Source: Candidatus Poribacteria bacterium (GTDB lineage Bacteria; Poribacteria; WGA-4E; WGA-3G). Taken from it: DNA of 64,000 bases. Within the stretch, counting starts at the first letter, position 1, and every line of letters begins with the position of its first letter. The notes under the pieces were generated by a model. That model did not search any database and was not told the origin of the DNA. It saw nothing but the letters and a program-made list of their open reading frames with translations. Made by a program: the position numbers and the translations under genes. Below, one piece after another: positions 52,016 through 61,513 of the stretch. The stretch covers positions 224,001-288,000 of the forward strand of contig CAXXUA010000006.1 in assembly GCA_963663765.2 (NCBI GenBank). The letters run 5' to 3'.

Positions 52016-53800
52016 ATGTACTTCAATTTTATACCCATAAGCGACCTGAAAGATGAAGATCTCGTCCCGCTTGTTCAAGCTCGTGACGAAACAGCATTCA
52101 AGGAATTGATGAATCGTTACAATCCAAAAATCTGGTTTGTAGTTAACGAAAATTCAAGACAACGCCAAGATGCTGAAGAGATCCTTATGGACATCTGGAT
52201 GGCAGTTTGGGATAACATTATCGGTTTGCGAAAACCAGAAAGTTTTGGCGGTTGGTTACGCAGAATCGCACATAACGCCTGCAAAAGATACTACGCATCG
52301 GGAAAAAATCAGCATAGTGAAATACTATTAGATTACGATGAACTAACTCTACAGATTGATAGAGAAGCGGAACAACGTTTTCAAAACGCAAGACTACGAT
52401 CTGATGCAAGAGAAGCAGTACATCAACTTCCACAACGCATAGTGTCTGTCGCGAGATTATACTATCTTGAGCAGTGGAACGTCAATGAGATCGCTACTGA
52501 ACTCAACTTAGCTGTCGGTACTGTAAAGTCAAAACTCAGTGAAGTACGGAAACTGCTAAGAAAAGAATTTGAGGTTGAACCTATAAGGAGAGAAACTATG
52601 TCAGCTAACATGCAAAACAATGAAAACGAACAGAAAAAAATAAAAATTATAGGTGTTGGCGGTGCTGGATGTAACACTGTTAAACGCCTAATTGATGAAA
52701 GTTTGAGAAACACTGAATTCTATGTTGTTGATACTGATAAGGAAACCCTTAGTTCTTGCAATGAGGTGACACAAGTACAAATCGGTATAAACAATCTTAA
52801 AGGGCAAAGTACCAACGGAAACCTGGAACTTGGGAAAAGGGCAGCTGCGGAAAGTATGGATGAACTACGTACTATCGTCTCAGACGCAAATCTAGTTTTT
52901 GTAATTGCAGGTATGGGGGGAGGAACTGGTACTGCCGTTGCACCAGTTATTACTTCACTGGCACGCCAACAAAAAGCATTGACGATCTGTATGGCAACAC
53001 GTCCATTTGAAGTAGAGGGAAAACTACGCTCAGAACAGGCAGAAGAAGGGATAAGGGAACTGCACAGTAACGAGCATCCCCAAGCTGATGCAGTTATCAT
53101 TGTCCCAAACCAGCGAATACTCGATTTAGTTGACGTGGATTTACCTATACCACAAGCATATTTGGAAAGTGATGAAATTTTGGTACAAGGTGTAAGTCTT
53201 ATCGCAGAAATGGTTACACATAATGGTGAAATAAGTGTAGACTTAGAAGATATTCAATCAATACTGCAAGACAAAGGAACTGTTCTAATGAGTTTCGGCA
53301 AAGCTAATGGCGAAAATAGAGCAAGAATCGCTGCACGGAACGCAATATCCTCACCCTTATTGGAAGAGAGTAAAGTCAATGAGGAATCTGCAGTCATTGT
53401 TGGTATCGCATCTCCACCAGATTTTACCTTTCATGAATTAGATGAAACCATGAAGGAAATAGTTAAAGAAACCCCACCTGAACAGATTATGTTTGGATTA
53501 GTATATAAAAAAGAACTGGAGGCAACTGGGGAAGTGATAGTAACAATCATTTCAACAATACCTGATTCTTCTAAACAGCAAGTACTTACAATTGACACCA
53601 GTAAGGACACAGAAGCTCCCACTGATGATAAGACCGTTTCCGCATCAAAAAAACAAGAATTTACACATCAACCCAAATACAGTAATTATGATCTTTCATA
53701 TCTTATAAATCAAGTACCCGTAAATGTTAAAACAACCATTGAACAAGGTATTACTGCCACAGTAAAAAATCAACCACAGTCAGCAAAACTACAAAGTTGA
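52016..53800 (+). CDS. ECF sigma factor fused to an FtsZ/tubulin-like GTPase domain
   Basis: Sigma region 2 (DAEEILMDIW, SFGGWLRRIAHN) and region 4 (EIATELNLAVGTVKSKL), then IKIIGVGGAGCN, AGMGGGTGT, RPFEVEG, AISSPLLE in one frame. Confidence 0.9.
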   Translation: MYFNFIPISDLKDEDLVPLVQARDETAFKELMNRYNPKIWFVVNENSRQRQDAEEILMDIWMAVWDNIIGLRKPESFGGWLRRIAHNACKRYYASGKNQHSEILLDYDELTLQIDREAEQRFQNARLRSDAREAVHQLPQRIVSVARLYYLEQWNVNEIATELNLAVGTVKSKLSEVRKLLRKEFEVEPIRRETMSANMQNNENEQKKIKIIGVGGAGCNTVKRLIDESLRNTEFYVVDTDKETLSSCNEVTQVQIGINNLKGQSTNGNLELGKRAAAESMDELRTIVSDANLVFVIAGMGGGTGTAVAPVITSLARQQKALTICMATRPFEVEGKLRSEQAEEGIRELHSNEHPQADAVIIVPNQRILDLVDVDLPIPQAYLESDEILVQGVSLIAEMVTHNGEISVDLEDIQSILQDKGTVLMSFGKANGENRARIAARNAISSPLLEESKVNEESAVIVGIASPPDFTFHELDETMKEIVKETPPEQIMFGLVYKKELEATGEVIVTIISTIPDSSKQQVLTIDTSKDTEAPTDDKTVSASKKQEFTHQPKYSNYDLSYLINQVPVNVKTTIEQGITATVKNQPQSAKLQS

Positions 53801-53816
53801 TATAATAATTACTGTG

Positions 53817-54612
53817 TTGTGGTAGGGGTTTCCAACCCCGATTTCTGAATCATGGATGACGCGAAATGCACAAATCTAAAACCCTTGATGAGGTAAATCC
53901 TGAAAATCTCAAAATCCTGAAAATCCTAGTTCAAACAGAATCGCGGAGTAGATCCCTGTATAAAGTCTTATTGCATAGTATAAGCGTTTTCAAAGCCAAA
54001 ACACTTTATGCAGGTATCTTCTCCGCGCAATCCGCGTAATCCGATATTTCGCACCCAACCTCTTGTGGTAGGGGTTTCCAACCCCGTTTTCTGAATCATG
54101 TATGACGCAAAATGCACAATTCAAAAACCTTTGATGAGGTAAATCCTGAAAATCTCAAAATCCTGAAAATCCTGGTTCAGACAAACTGTCTTCTCCGCGC
54201 AATCCGCGTAATCCGTGATTTCACACCCACCCTCTTATGGGCTTACAATTACCCATAAGTTTTTGGGTATAGTCCGTTAAGTCTTTTGTGGGTGCCTATT
54301 GCTCAAAAACACCTGAAAACTGACCAATATTTTAGATGTAGAATACCGTTATAGGCCTATTAGACAAGTTTCACAAGATTTTTCAGTTCTTATGACCAGT
54401 TTTCTGTAATCTATCGGGGTTAGAAACCCCTCTTACAGCAGCATGGCGTGCCTTTGTACCTCCAATTTGACTTATGGGTAAAAGTAGGTCTTGTGGGAGG
54501 GGTTTTCAACCCCGATTTCTGAATCATGTATGACGCGAAATGCATACATCAAAAACCTTGATGAGGTAAATCCTGAAAATCTCAAAATCCTGATAATCCT
54601 GGTTCAGACAGA
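53817..54612 (+). repeat. Three dispersed-tandem copies of an approximately 125-bp REP + AATCCTGAAAAT unit
   Basis: TTGTGG(T/G)AGGGGTTT...CTGAATCATG...GATGAGGTAAATCCTGAAAATCTCAAAATCCTG at 53817, 54063 and 54491. Confidence 0.85.
54240..54490. mobile_element. 251-bp MITE inserted in the third repeat unit
   Basis: GGCTTACAATTACCCATAAGT ... ACTTATGGGTAAAAGTAGGTC; flanks TTATG/TTGTG; removal restores the repeat unit. Confidence 0.75.
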
Positions 54613-54831
54613 ATCCGCAATCCAGATTCAGACAATCCCCCAAATCCAATGTATATCTATTAGAAATCCCTTGTCCTTAACCCCACATAAACCCCCATCC
54701 GCACCCAACCTCCAATTATAATAATAACATTATTACTGATCTTTGTAGCACAAACTGTTAGTTTGTGCATTATTCCGCATCACTCCTAACAACTCAACGA
54801 GGACAAAAACATGCAACAACAAATCTTCCAA

Positions 54832-56288
54832 GGGTGTGTAAAGTTTTTATCACAAGAATGTACTGAATACAGATCTTGCTTAGTATTAGGTAAAATGGTA
54901 TCCTTCTATAAAACAGAATTTTTATCAGAGAGGATACCAATGTTTAGTATATCATTAGCAAGTTGTGAAGTCAAAGAGTTTAGAGAAGATGCAAACCATT
55001 TTGTAGAAAAGATCAATAATGTTTTACAAACCCTTAGTTCAGACAGTCTTTATGTAGACGCTATGGAGATATTAGTCTTTGAGACGATGCGTTCGTTAGG
55101 TCAAATGATGTTAGAAATGGTTGTTCTCAAACATTCCGTTGAACAAGTTTCTGGATCTGTTGAATGTCCACAATGTCAACAAGCATGTCGTCCGTATCGT
55201 AAAAGAGAACGCCGTATTACGACGCTATGTGGTGTTATTCGTGTTGACCGTTGGGTGTATCGTTGTGCTTCGGGTCATTATCATTTTCCGTGGGATACGA
55301 AAGAAAAGTTGAAAGGTCAATACACACATCGTGTAGCTGAAGTGATGTGTCGTATGCCTGCGCGTCTTGACTTCAGGGAGGCAGCAGAGGAGTTGTTTCG
55401 TCAAGGGATAGAAGTCAGTCGGACGACCCTCAATCAAAATGTGCGTGAATGGTCAAAAGCGTTGCGGGATTCACAACAAGTGGAAACACAAAAACTTGAG
55501 GCAAATCAGCGTTGGTATGTGAGTTGTGATGGATGCCACACCAACTCACAAGAGGGGTGGAAAGAAACCAAAGTTGGTTGTATTTATAGAGATTATCCAC
55601 AACCTCCAAATAGTTCTGATGTGACACCGAGTGCGAGAACACCAAGCATTCGTTATGTTGCGGAGCGTGAGAATGCGGCTCATTTCGGTAAAGCGTTGTA
55701 TAAGTTAGCAACGCAGAGCGGCATCTATTAAGAAGATATAGGGACGCAAGAGGTCGTGTTTATCGGAGATGGAGCGGCGTGGATATGGAACTTAGCGGCT
55801 GAATACTTCCCGAATGCTGTAGAGATTGTGGATTAATGCATGCCAAATCACATCTTTATGATGTGGCTAAAGTTGCCTTTGGTGAGACAGAAACAGAAGT
55901 CGTAGAAACTTGGGTCACAGAGACAGAACCCTTTCTTTTTGATGGCAACATTCCAGAAGTTGTCTCACGTATCCGTGCTTTAGTCACACAGCACCCAGAC
56001 GTTTGTGAGATTTTAGTAAGAGAAACAGGTTATTTTGAAAAACACGCGAAACGGATGTAATATAAAACGTTTAGAGAAAAGGGGTATCAGGTTGGGAGTG
56101 GTGTGATTGAGAGTGCGTGTAAACATGTTGTGGGACAAAGGTGTAAACAAGCTGCTATGAGATGGAAAAAAGAAGGTATCAACTCAGTGCTTGCTTTACG
56201 GTGTTTAGTCAAAAATAAGGCGTTGGACAGATATTGGATGCAACGCCCACAAGCAGCATGAAACTTATAACCAAAACTTTACACACCC
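54832..56288 (+). mobile_element. ISKra4/ISLre2-type insertion sequence
   Basis: Perfect 16-bp TIRs GGGTGTGTAAAGTTTT (54832-54847) and AAAACTTTACACACCC (56273-56288); no flank duplication seen. Confidence 0.88.
54940..56261 (+). pseudogene. Inactivated transposase
   Basis: CDG, GDGAAWIW, GSGVIESACK...MRW motifs broken by stops at 55729 and 56058 and a frameshift near 55835. Confidence 0.88.
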
Positions 56289-56380
56289 TAAATGATAAAT
56301 AAACTTGTATTTCAACGCATATTATGGTACAATTGACATTAACAAAATATTTAACTTTGTTGTAAAAAGAGGTGAGACCG

Positions 56381-56584
56381 ATGCCTGATAACGACACATA
56401 TAAATACCATTTGAAGAAAGGTAGAGAGATTATCCGTAGTGGTATTACGATTGATTTAGATCGGCGCGAAAAAGAACTCCAACGTAAATATGGTGACAAT
56501 GTTCATGTTCATAAGGTTGGTAATAAAACAACAAGAGAAGGCGCTAAGGAATGGGAGAAAAAACAGAAACTGGGCACTCCTTAG
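56381..56584 (+). CDS. Small basic GIY-YIG-like protein
   Basis: TYKY...SGITIDLDRREKE pattern; GAGGTG RBS; upstream TTGTAT-17-TACAAT (56305-56333). Confidence 0.65.
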   Translation: MPDNDTYKYHLKKGREIIRSGITIDLDRREKELQRKYGDNVHVHKVGNKTTREGAKEWEKKQKLGTP

Positions 56585-56615
56585 TATTCAATTTATTCAA
56601 TAAAAATTATTCAAT

Positions 56616-56661
56616 AAAAACTGAATATCTCAGAACCAATTTAGAGATATTCAGTTTTTTG
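56616..56661. terminator. Inverted repeat between convergent genes
   Basis: AAAAACTGAATATCTC ... GAGATATTCAGTTTTT. Confidence 0.6.
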
Positions 56662-56673
56662 CTGCTAATACAA

Positions 56674-57450
56674 TTAACGTGTAAGTCCTGATTTTTTAAT
56701 GTTTGCCCAACTTGTGGTAAGTTTGTTTGTAGGTTGTACTGGAGAGGCTGCGTCAAACCCATTACCCAAATCAGCAATTTCATTTTCTGTTAATGCACGA
56801 GAATATACCGCAGCATCATCTATCGCGCCACCATATCCTTCTCCATCTGCGCCTCCAAGTCTGTAGGTGTCATTTGCACCGACGGTTTCTTGAAAAGCCT
56901 CTTCTATAACTATTTCACCGTCAATATATATTTTAAAATTGGAGTTGTTACTCTGTACTACCACATGCGCCCACACATCCATCTCAATGGTACCAGGGTC
57001 AGTTTCACAAAGCACAGACCAACCGGCAGCTGTCCGTCCGCGCCAAGAAAGATAACCCCCAACCCTATTGAGAAAGAGTGTGTTGTGTCCTGAAGCACCT
57101 GGTAAACTTCTCCATATATGTTGAAAATCACCACCTTCAAATGTGGGATTAATCCAAACTGAGATTGTGTATGGGTCTGTCTTAAATAGGTCACCATGTA
57201 GTGTATCGGATGCTGACATCTGAATATGCGTACCCGCATTTAAGTGAATTGCTTGACCAAATTGCCCCGTATCCCAGTCTGATGAGCCTATTATTTCGCC
57301 ATTATTCTCATTTCCAGATGCATCATTTGCATTATCCTCTAATGGATAATAAGCAACCAAACCATCATCCAAGGCTGTCATTCCTAAACTCACACACATA
57401 AAGAGAAATGTAATAGACATAACATAATACATAATTTTCATTAGAATCAC
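56674..57450 (-). CDS. Secreted LamG/concanavalin-like protein
   Basis: Signal peptide, LVAYYPLEDNANDASG, WAHVV, IDDAAVYSRAL, C-terminal VQPTNKLTTSWANIK. Confidence 0.88.
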   Translation of the reverse strand: MILMKIMYYVMSITFLFMCVSLGMTALDDGLVAYYPLEDNANDASGNENNGEIIGSSDWDTGQFGQAIHLNAGTHIQMSASDTLHGDLFKTDPYTISVWINPTFEGGDFQHIWRSLPGASGHNTLFLNRVGGYLSWRGRTAAGWSVLCETDPGTIEMDVWAHVVVQSNNSNFKIYIDGEIVIEEAFQETVGANDTYRLGGADGEGYGGAIDDAAVYSRALTENEIADLGNGFDAASPVQPTNKLTTSWANIKKSGLTR

Positions 57451-57557
57451 TTCCTTTTTTGTAGAGTAGTCTTTAATTTAATTCCATTTTTTAATTCAAA
57501 TGTAGCAGAATTTTAACACAACATATAGAAAAAGTCAAATTTTGATTGTGGAACAAA

Positions 57558-59585
57558 TTATCTTTGCTTAAGAATTAGGTTTCCATAAACATCAACAACA
57601 GCGGAGAAATTGGGAGGAATTATTGTCGTTGCACTGAATTCTGTTACAACTGCAGGACCCATTATTTTATTACCGGGTAGTAAAGACTCACGTTTATAAA
57701 AACCTATTAGATACTTTTCATTTTCAAAGATAACAGAGTTCTCAGCGATCTGTGCATGCAATGATTCAGAACTTGCTAACGGTTCGGGTGTGAGTGTTGG
57801 CTTCTCGGTTTCCCCGATAGCAGAGAGTCTTAGGGTTACAATCTCTGCCGACGCATTATGGCGTGCATAACTAAATCTCTTTTCATGCATGTCATGGAAT
57901 CGTGCAACAAAATCTGTATCAATTTCCTCATAAGGGACATTTAACTCATAAGATTGACCAACATAACGCATGTCCAAAGAACGTCTGATTTTGAGATGCG
58001 ACAGATCAAATCCCTCTGATGTCATATCATCTCTTGCCCTATTCAGAAGAGTCTCAAATCCGTTATTCAGTTTTTGTTGTAAATTACTACCGAGGTCTTC
58101 AGTTTTCCATAAGACTGTTTGGGAATAATCTTTTACGACATCAGCAAATAACATTCCATAAGCAGATAACAATCCTCCATTTGGAGGAATCAACACATTA
58201 GCGATACCCAGATTTTCTGCGAGAAATGCTGCGTGCAGTCCACCTGCGCCACCAAAAGATACAAGCGTAAAATCACGTGTATCAAATCCGCGTTCAACTG
58301 AAATAACCTTGATAGCACGTTCCATTGCTGCGTTTGCAACTTTCAAAATACCGTCCGCAGTTTCAAATGGTGATAATCCGAGTTGATTAGCAATTTGTTC
58401 TATATGTTGTTGTGTTTTATCAGTTGTGAGAGACATTCTCCCACCCAAAAAATGTGTCGGTGAAATGCGTCCAAGGAACAGATTTGCATCTGTCACTGTA
58501 ATATCTGTGCCTTTGTTACCATAACAGATAGGTCCGGGGACAGCCCCGGCACTTTCAGGACCGACCCGCAACGCACCACCAGAATCCACCGTTGCTATTG
58601 ACCCGCCACCTGCACCGACTGTATGGATATCAATCAACGGGATTTTAATAGGTAACCCACTGATAGTACTCTCTGTCGTCATAGAGATGCCAACATCACA
58701 CAGGCTCACATCAGTAGAAGTTCCCCCCATATCAAAAGTAATTATTTTATTGTATCCAGCAGTATTTGCGGATTGATATGCACCAACGACACCTCCTGCA
58801 GGACCCGATAACACAGTCTGTATACCTGCTGATTCAAATCTCTTTGCAGAGATACAACCACCGTTGGAAAGCATCAGACGGAATGACTTTGGAAATGTAT
58901 CAGAGTCAATAAGCGTCGAGAGATGTTTCTCCAAAGTCGGACGAATGTAAGTGTTTGCAACAGTAGTGCTAAACCGAGAATATTCTCTATATTCTGGTAA
59001 TATTTCATGGGAGCATGAGATGGGTATATTTAGTGAGGAAAGATGGTCTGCGACAATTTTTTCGTTTTTTGGGTTCACGTACGAAAAAAGGAAACAGATA
59101 GCAATTGCATCTATTTTTAATGTGGTAAGTTTGTTAGAGAGTTTCTCAAGTTCTGTAGTAGTAATTTTTGTTTGAATTTCACCAGTGTGCAGCGTGCGTT
59201 CGATGATGCCAAAACGTCTTTCAGTAGGTATTAGTGGCGCGGGTCGTTGTACATTAATATCATAGAGATTTGGACGTGTCTGTCTACCGATTTCTATGAC
59301 ATCTTCAAAACCTTTTGTTGTAATCAGTGCAATTTTTGCACCTCTATATTCCAGTAACGCGTTTGTTGCGACAGTAGAACCGTGAACAATCTCAACATCA
59401 GAATGAGAGTGAATATTGTGTTGTTCTAATATTTCACTGACTCCCTGAATAACAGCATATGCAGGATTCATTGGAGTAGATAGTACCTTGTGTGTTAATA
59501 GTGAACCTTCCAAAGACATAACAATGTCAGTGAAAGTTCCACCAGTATCAACTCCAATTTTCTTTATATTTTTATCTTTTTGCAT
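57558..59585 (-). CDS. Hydantoinase/oxoprolinase A subunit
   Basis: DTGGTFTD, HGSTVATNALL, SGPAGG, DMGGTSTD, GAGGGS. Confidence 0.94.
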   Translation of the reverse strand: MQKDKNIKKIGVDTGGTFTDIVMSLEGSLLTHKVLSTPMNPAYAVIQGVSEILEQHNIHSHSDVEIVHGSTVATNALLEYRGAKIALITTKGFEDVIEIGRQTRPNLYDINVQRPAPLIPTERRFGIIERTLHTGEIQTKITTTELEKLSNKLTTLKIDAIAICFLFSYVNPKNEKIVADHLSSLNIPISCSHEILPEYREYSRFSTTVANTYIRPTLEKHLSTLIDSDTFPKSFRLMLSNGGCISAKRFESAGIQTVLSGPAGGVVGAYQSANTAGYNKIITFDMGGTSTDVSLCDVGISMTTESTISGLPIKIPLIDIHTVGAGGGSIATVDSGGALRVGPESAGAVPGPICYGNKGTDITVTDANLFLGRISPTHFLGGRMSLTTDKTQQHIEQIANQLGLSPFETADGILKVANAAMERAIKVISVERGFDTRDFTLVSFGGAGGLHAAFLAENLGIANVLIPPNGGLLSAYGMLFADVVKDYSQTVLWKTEDLGSNLQQKLNNGFETLLNRARDDMTSEGFDLSHLKIRRSLDMRYVGQSYELNVPYEEIDTDFVARFHDMHEKRFSYARHNASAEIVTLRLSAIGETEKPTLTPEPLASSESLHAQIAENSVIFENEKYLIGFYKRESLLPGNKIMGPAVVTEFSATTIIPPNFSAVVDVYGNLILKQR

Positions 59586-59622
59586 CTGTTGGTTATATAT
59601 ATATTAAGGTAACAAGTATATT

Positions 59623-60582
59623 TTACTCTACCACGTTTTTTGGTTTACCTTGTAAATATGCGATGATATTGTCAACCGCACCTTCATTAAGGAGATCAAC
59701 ACCTTCTGGAGTCATATCCGCGCAATGTGGAGACAAAATTACCTGTTCACAAGACAAGAGTGGATGGTTTTTTGGTATGGGTTCTTGGTCAAACACATCA
59801 ATTGCAGCACCACCGATATTTTCATTGTTCAAAGCTTCAACAAGTGCATCCGTCTCAATTATATTTCCACGTGCGACGTTAATCAGGAGTGCATTGGATT
59901 TCATCATTGCAAGTTCTCTTTCACCTATAAGGTGATAACTATCATCTGTCAATTTTATGTGAAGACTTACCACATCAGACATTTTGAGCAAATTTTCTAA
60001 TTGAACATACCGAATTCCGAGTTTATTTTCCTTTTCGGTAGTAGGATTATATGTCCATGCAATAACGTTCATACCGATAGCATTTGCAAGTCGTGCCATC
60101 TCCGAACCGATATGACCTGTACCGATAATCCCAAGCGTCTTACCTTGTAAATAGATGTTATCCATTCGGGGCCAGATTCCTGATTTCAAGGATTGGGTCA
60201 AGTATGCTGTCCGTTTAGCAAGCCCGAACATCAATCCAAAACTGTGTTCAGCAACAACAGGAGCAGTACGTCCCGGTTGATTACAAACAACAATTCCTTG
60301 CTGTTTTGCAGTCTCAAGATCAATCATATCAGTGCCGATTGAACATAAGGAAATTAGCTTTAGCTTAGGTAGTTGTTTTAGAACATCAGCATACCATTTC
60401 ACCATCCCGCGGGAATTGATAAGAATGTCAGCATCTTTTGCCCGACAGATTTTTTCTACGTCCGTATCGGGACGATCTTTATATATGACTACATCTCCAT
60501 AAGGTTCCAATCGTTTTAGATGATGCGATCCTTGTATTTGTTGAGGTGCGTCGCCAGGGACAACAATTTTGAGACGGTCCAT
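59623..60582 (-). CDS. D-isomer-specific 2-hydroxyacid dehydrogenase
   Basis: VAEH, GIIGTGHIG, INVARG, DVFDQEP, SPH; start at MDRLKIVV. Confidence 0.92.
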   Translation of the reverse strand: MDRLKIVVPGDAPQQIQGSHHLKRLEPYGDVVIYKDRPDTDVEKICRAKDADILINSRGMVKWYADVLKQLPKLKLISLCSIGTDMIDLETAKQQGIVVCNQPGRTAPVVAEHSFGLMFGLAKRTAYLTQSLKSGIWPRMDNIYLQGKTLGIIGTGHIGSEMARLANAIGMNVIAWTYNPTTEKENKLGIRYVQLENLLKMSDVVSLHIKLTDDSYHLIGERELAMMKSNALLINVARGNIIETDALVEALNNENIGGAAIDVFDQEPIPKNHPLLSCEQVILSPHCADMTPEGVDLLNEGAVDNIIAYLQGKPKNVVE

Positions 60583-60583
60583 A

Positions 60584-61333
60584 TTATGGTAAGTCAAGGT
60601 ATTCAAATGGATCAATACCTGAAGACACATAGTCAAAAACCTTTATGTGGGGTGGTGGATTAAACAGGTCTACACCAGGAGCACTACCTAATTGCCGCGT
60701 TATATACGGCACTACAGTTCCATCTGGGTATTTAAGGTCCTTCACAGTAATATAAACTGTGTCAGGGAAATTGGGATAAACTTTGCCGGTATTCCCATCT
60801 CTTATGGCTCCTGTGAAAGTTTTATTGCCCTCAGACCAGAGTTTGATTAAAACCCGATCAAACAGCTCAGAATTTCTCTGATCTGCGGGTGAGAGCTTGT
60901 GATAGTTTATCCTTCGCCAGACAGCACCTAGAGGGTAATCCTCAGGTACTTCTGGAAATGGTCCAAACCCGTGAGGGGAGACCTCAGGTATAGGAGGAAT
61001 ATCTGAAAGACGTATGACTCTACCTGCTACGGTAATTGTTTCATCTGATTCATCTTCCTCCTGCAAGGTTTCATCAGAATAAGAAATATCAGATATATCA
61101 TTGGTGTTTACCGATTCAGATTCTTCAGAGGTTGGTGTATTGCCTTCAACAGATACATCCGCCGTTTGCTGTGTTGTATTCTCAGTTTGGTCTTGAAGTT
61201 CAACGGACTCGTCTAACTCTTGTTTGTAAGTTCCAGTATTGTATTGATAATAAATTACACAACCAACACAGAAAAATATTAGGAAGACGAAACTGCCTAT
61301 AACAAACTTTTCAGTAATTATAAAACGAAACAT
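60584..61333 (-). CDS. Membrane-anchored hypothetical protein
   Basis: One N-terminal TM segment, acidic linker, Pro-rich VSPHGFGPFPEVPEDYP; AAGGAG RBS. Confidence 0.75.
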   Translation of the reverse strand: MFRFIITEKFVIGSFVFLIFFCVGCVIYYQYNTGTYKQELDESVELQDQTENTTQQTADVSVEGNTPTSEESESVNTNDISDISYSDETLQEEDESDETITVAGRVIRLSDIPPIPEVSPHGFGPFPEVPEDYPLGAVWRRINYHKLSPADQRNSELFDRVLIKLWSEGNKTFTGAIRDGNTGKVYPNFPDTVYITVKDLKYPDGTVVPYITRQLGSAPGVDLFNPPPHIKVFDYVSSGIDPFEYLDLP

Positions 61334-61454
61334 TTAGTACTCCTTTCATTTTGTTTGAGATATATGGAATGCAACAGTCAACCCAAATTAAAATAAATTA
61401 CAGATGATTAACTCAAAATTAGTTTACACCAATTATCCAAAAAAATCAAAAGGT

Positions 61455-61510
61455 GATCCTTGTTTCTGTGGAGTTGCGTCACCGGGGACAACAATTTTGG
61501 GACGGTTCAA
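61455..61510 (-). pseudogene. Duplicated 5' end of the 2-hydroxyacid dehydrogenase gene
   Basis: 47/56 nt identical to 60527-60582 by manual alignment; TTG start 3 nt after the BMP stop. Confidence 0.8.
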
Positions 61511-61513
61511 TCG

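Noticed and set aside
54811-54939. N-terminal extension of the transposase
   Set aside because: It crosses the left TIR; the RBS-supported start is 54940, matching the paralog start at 6253
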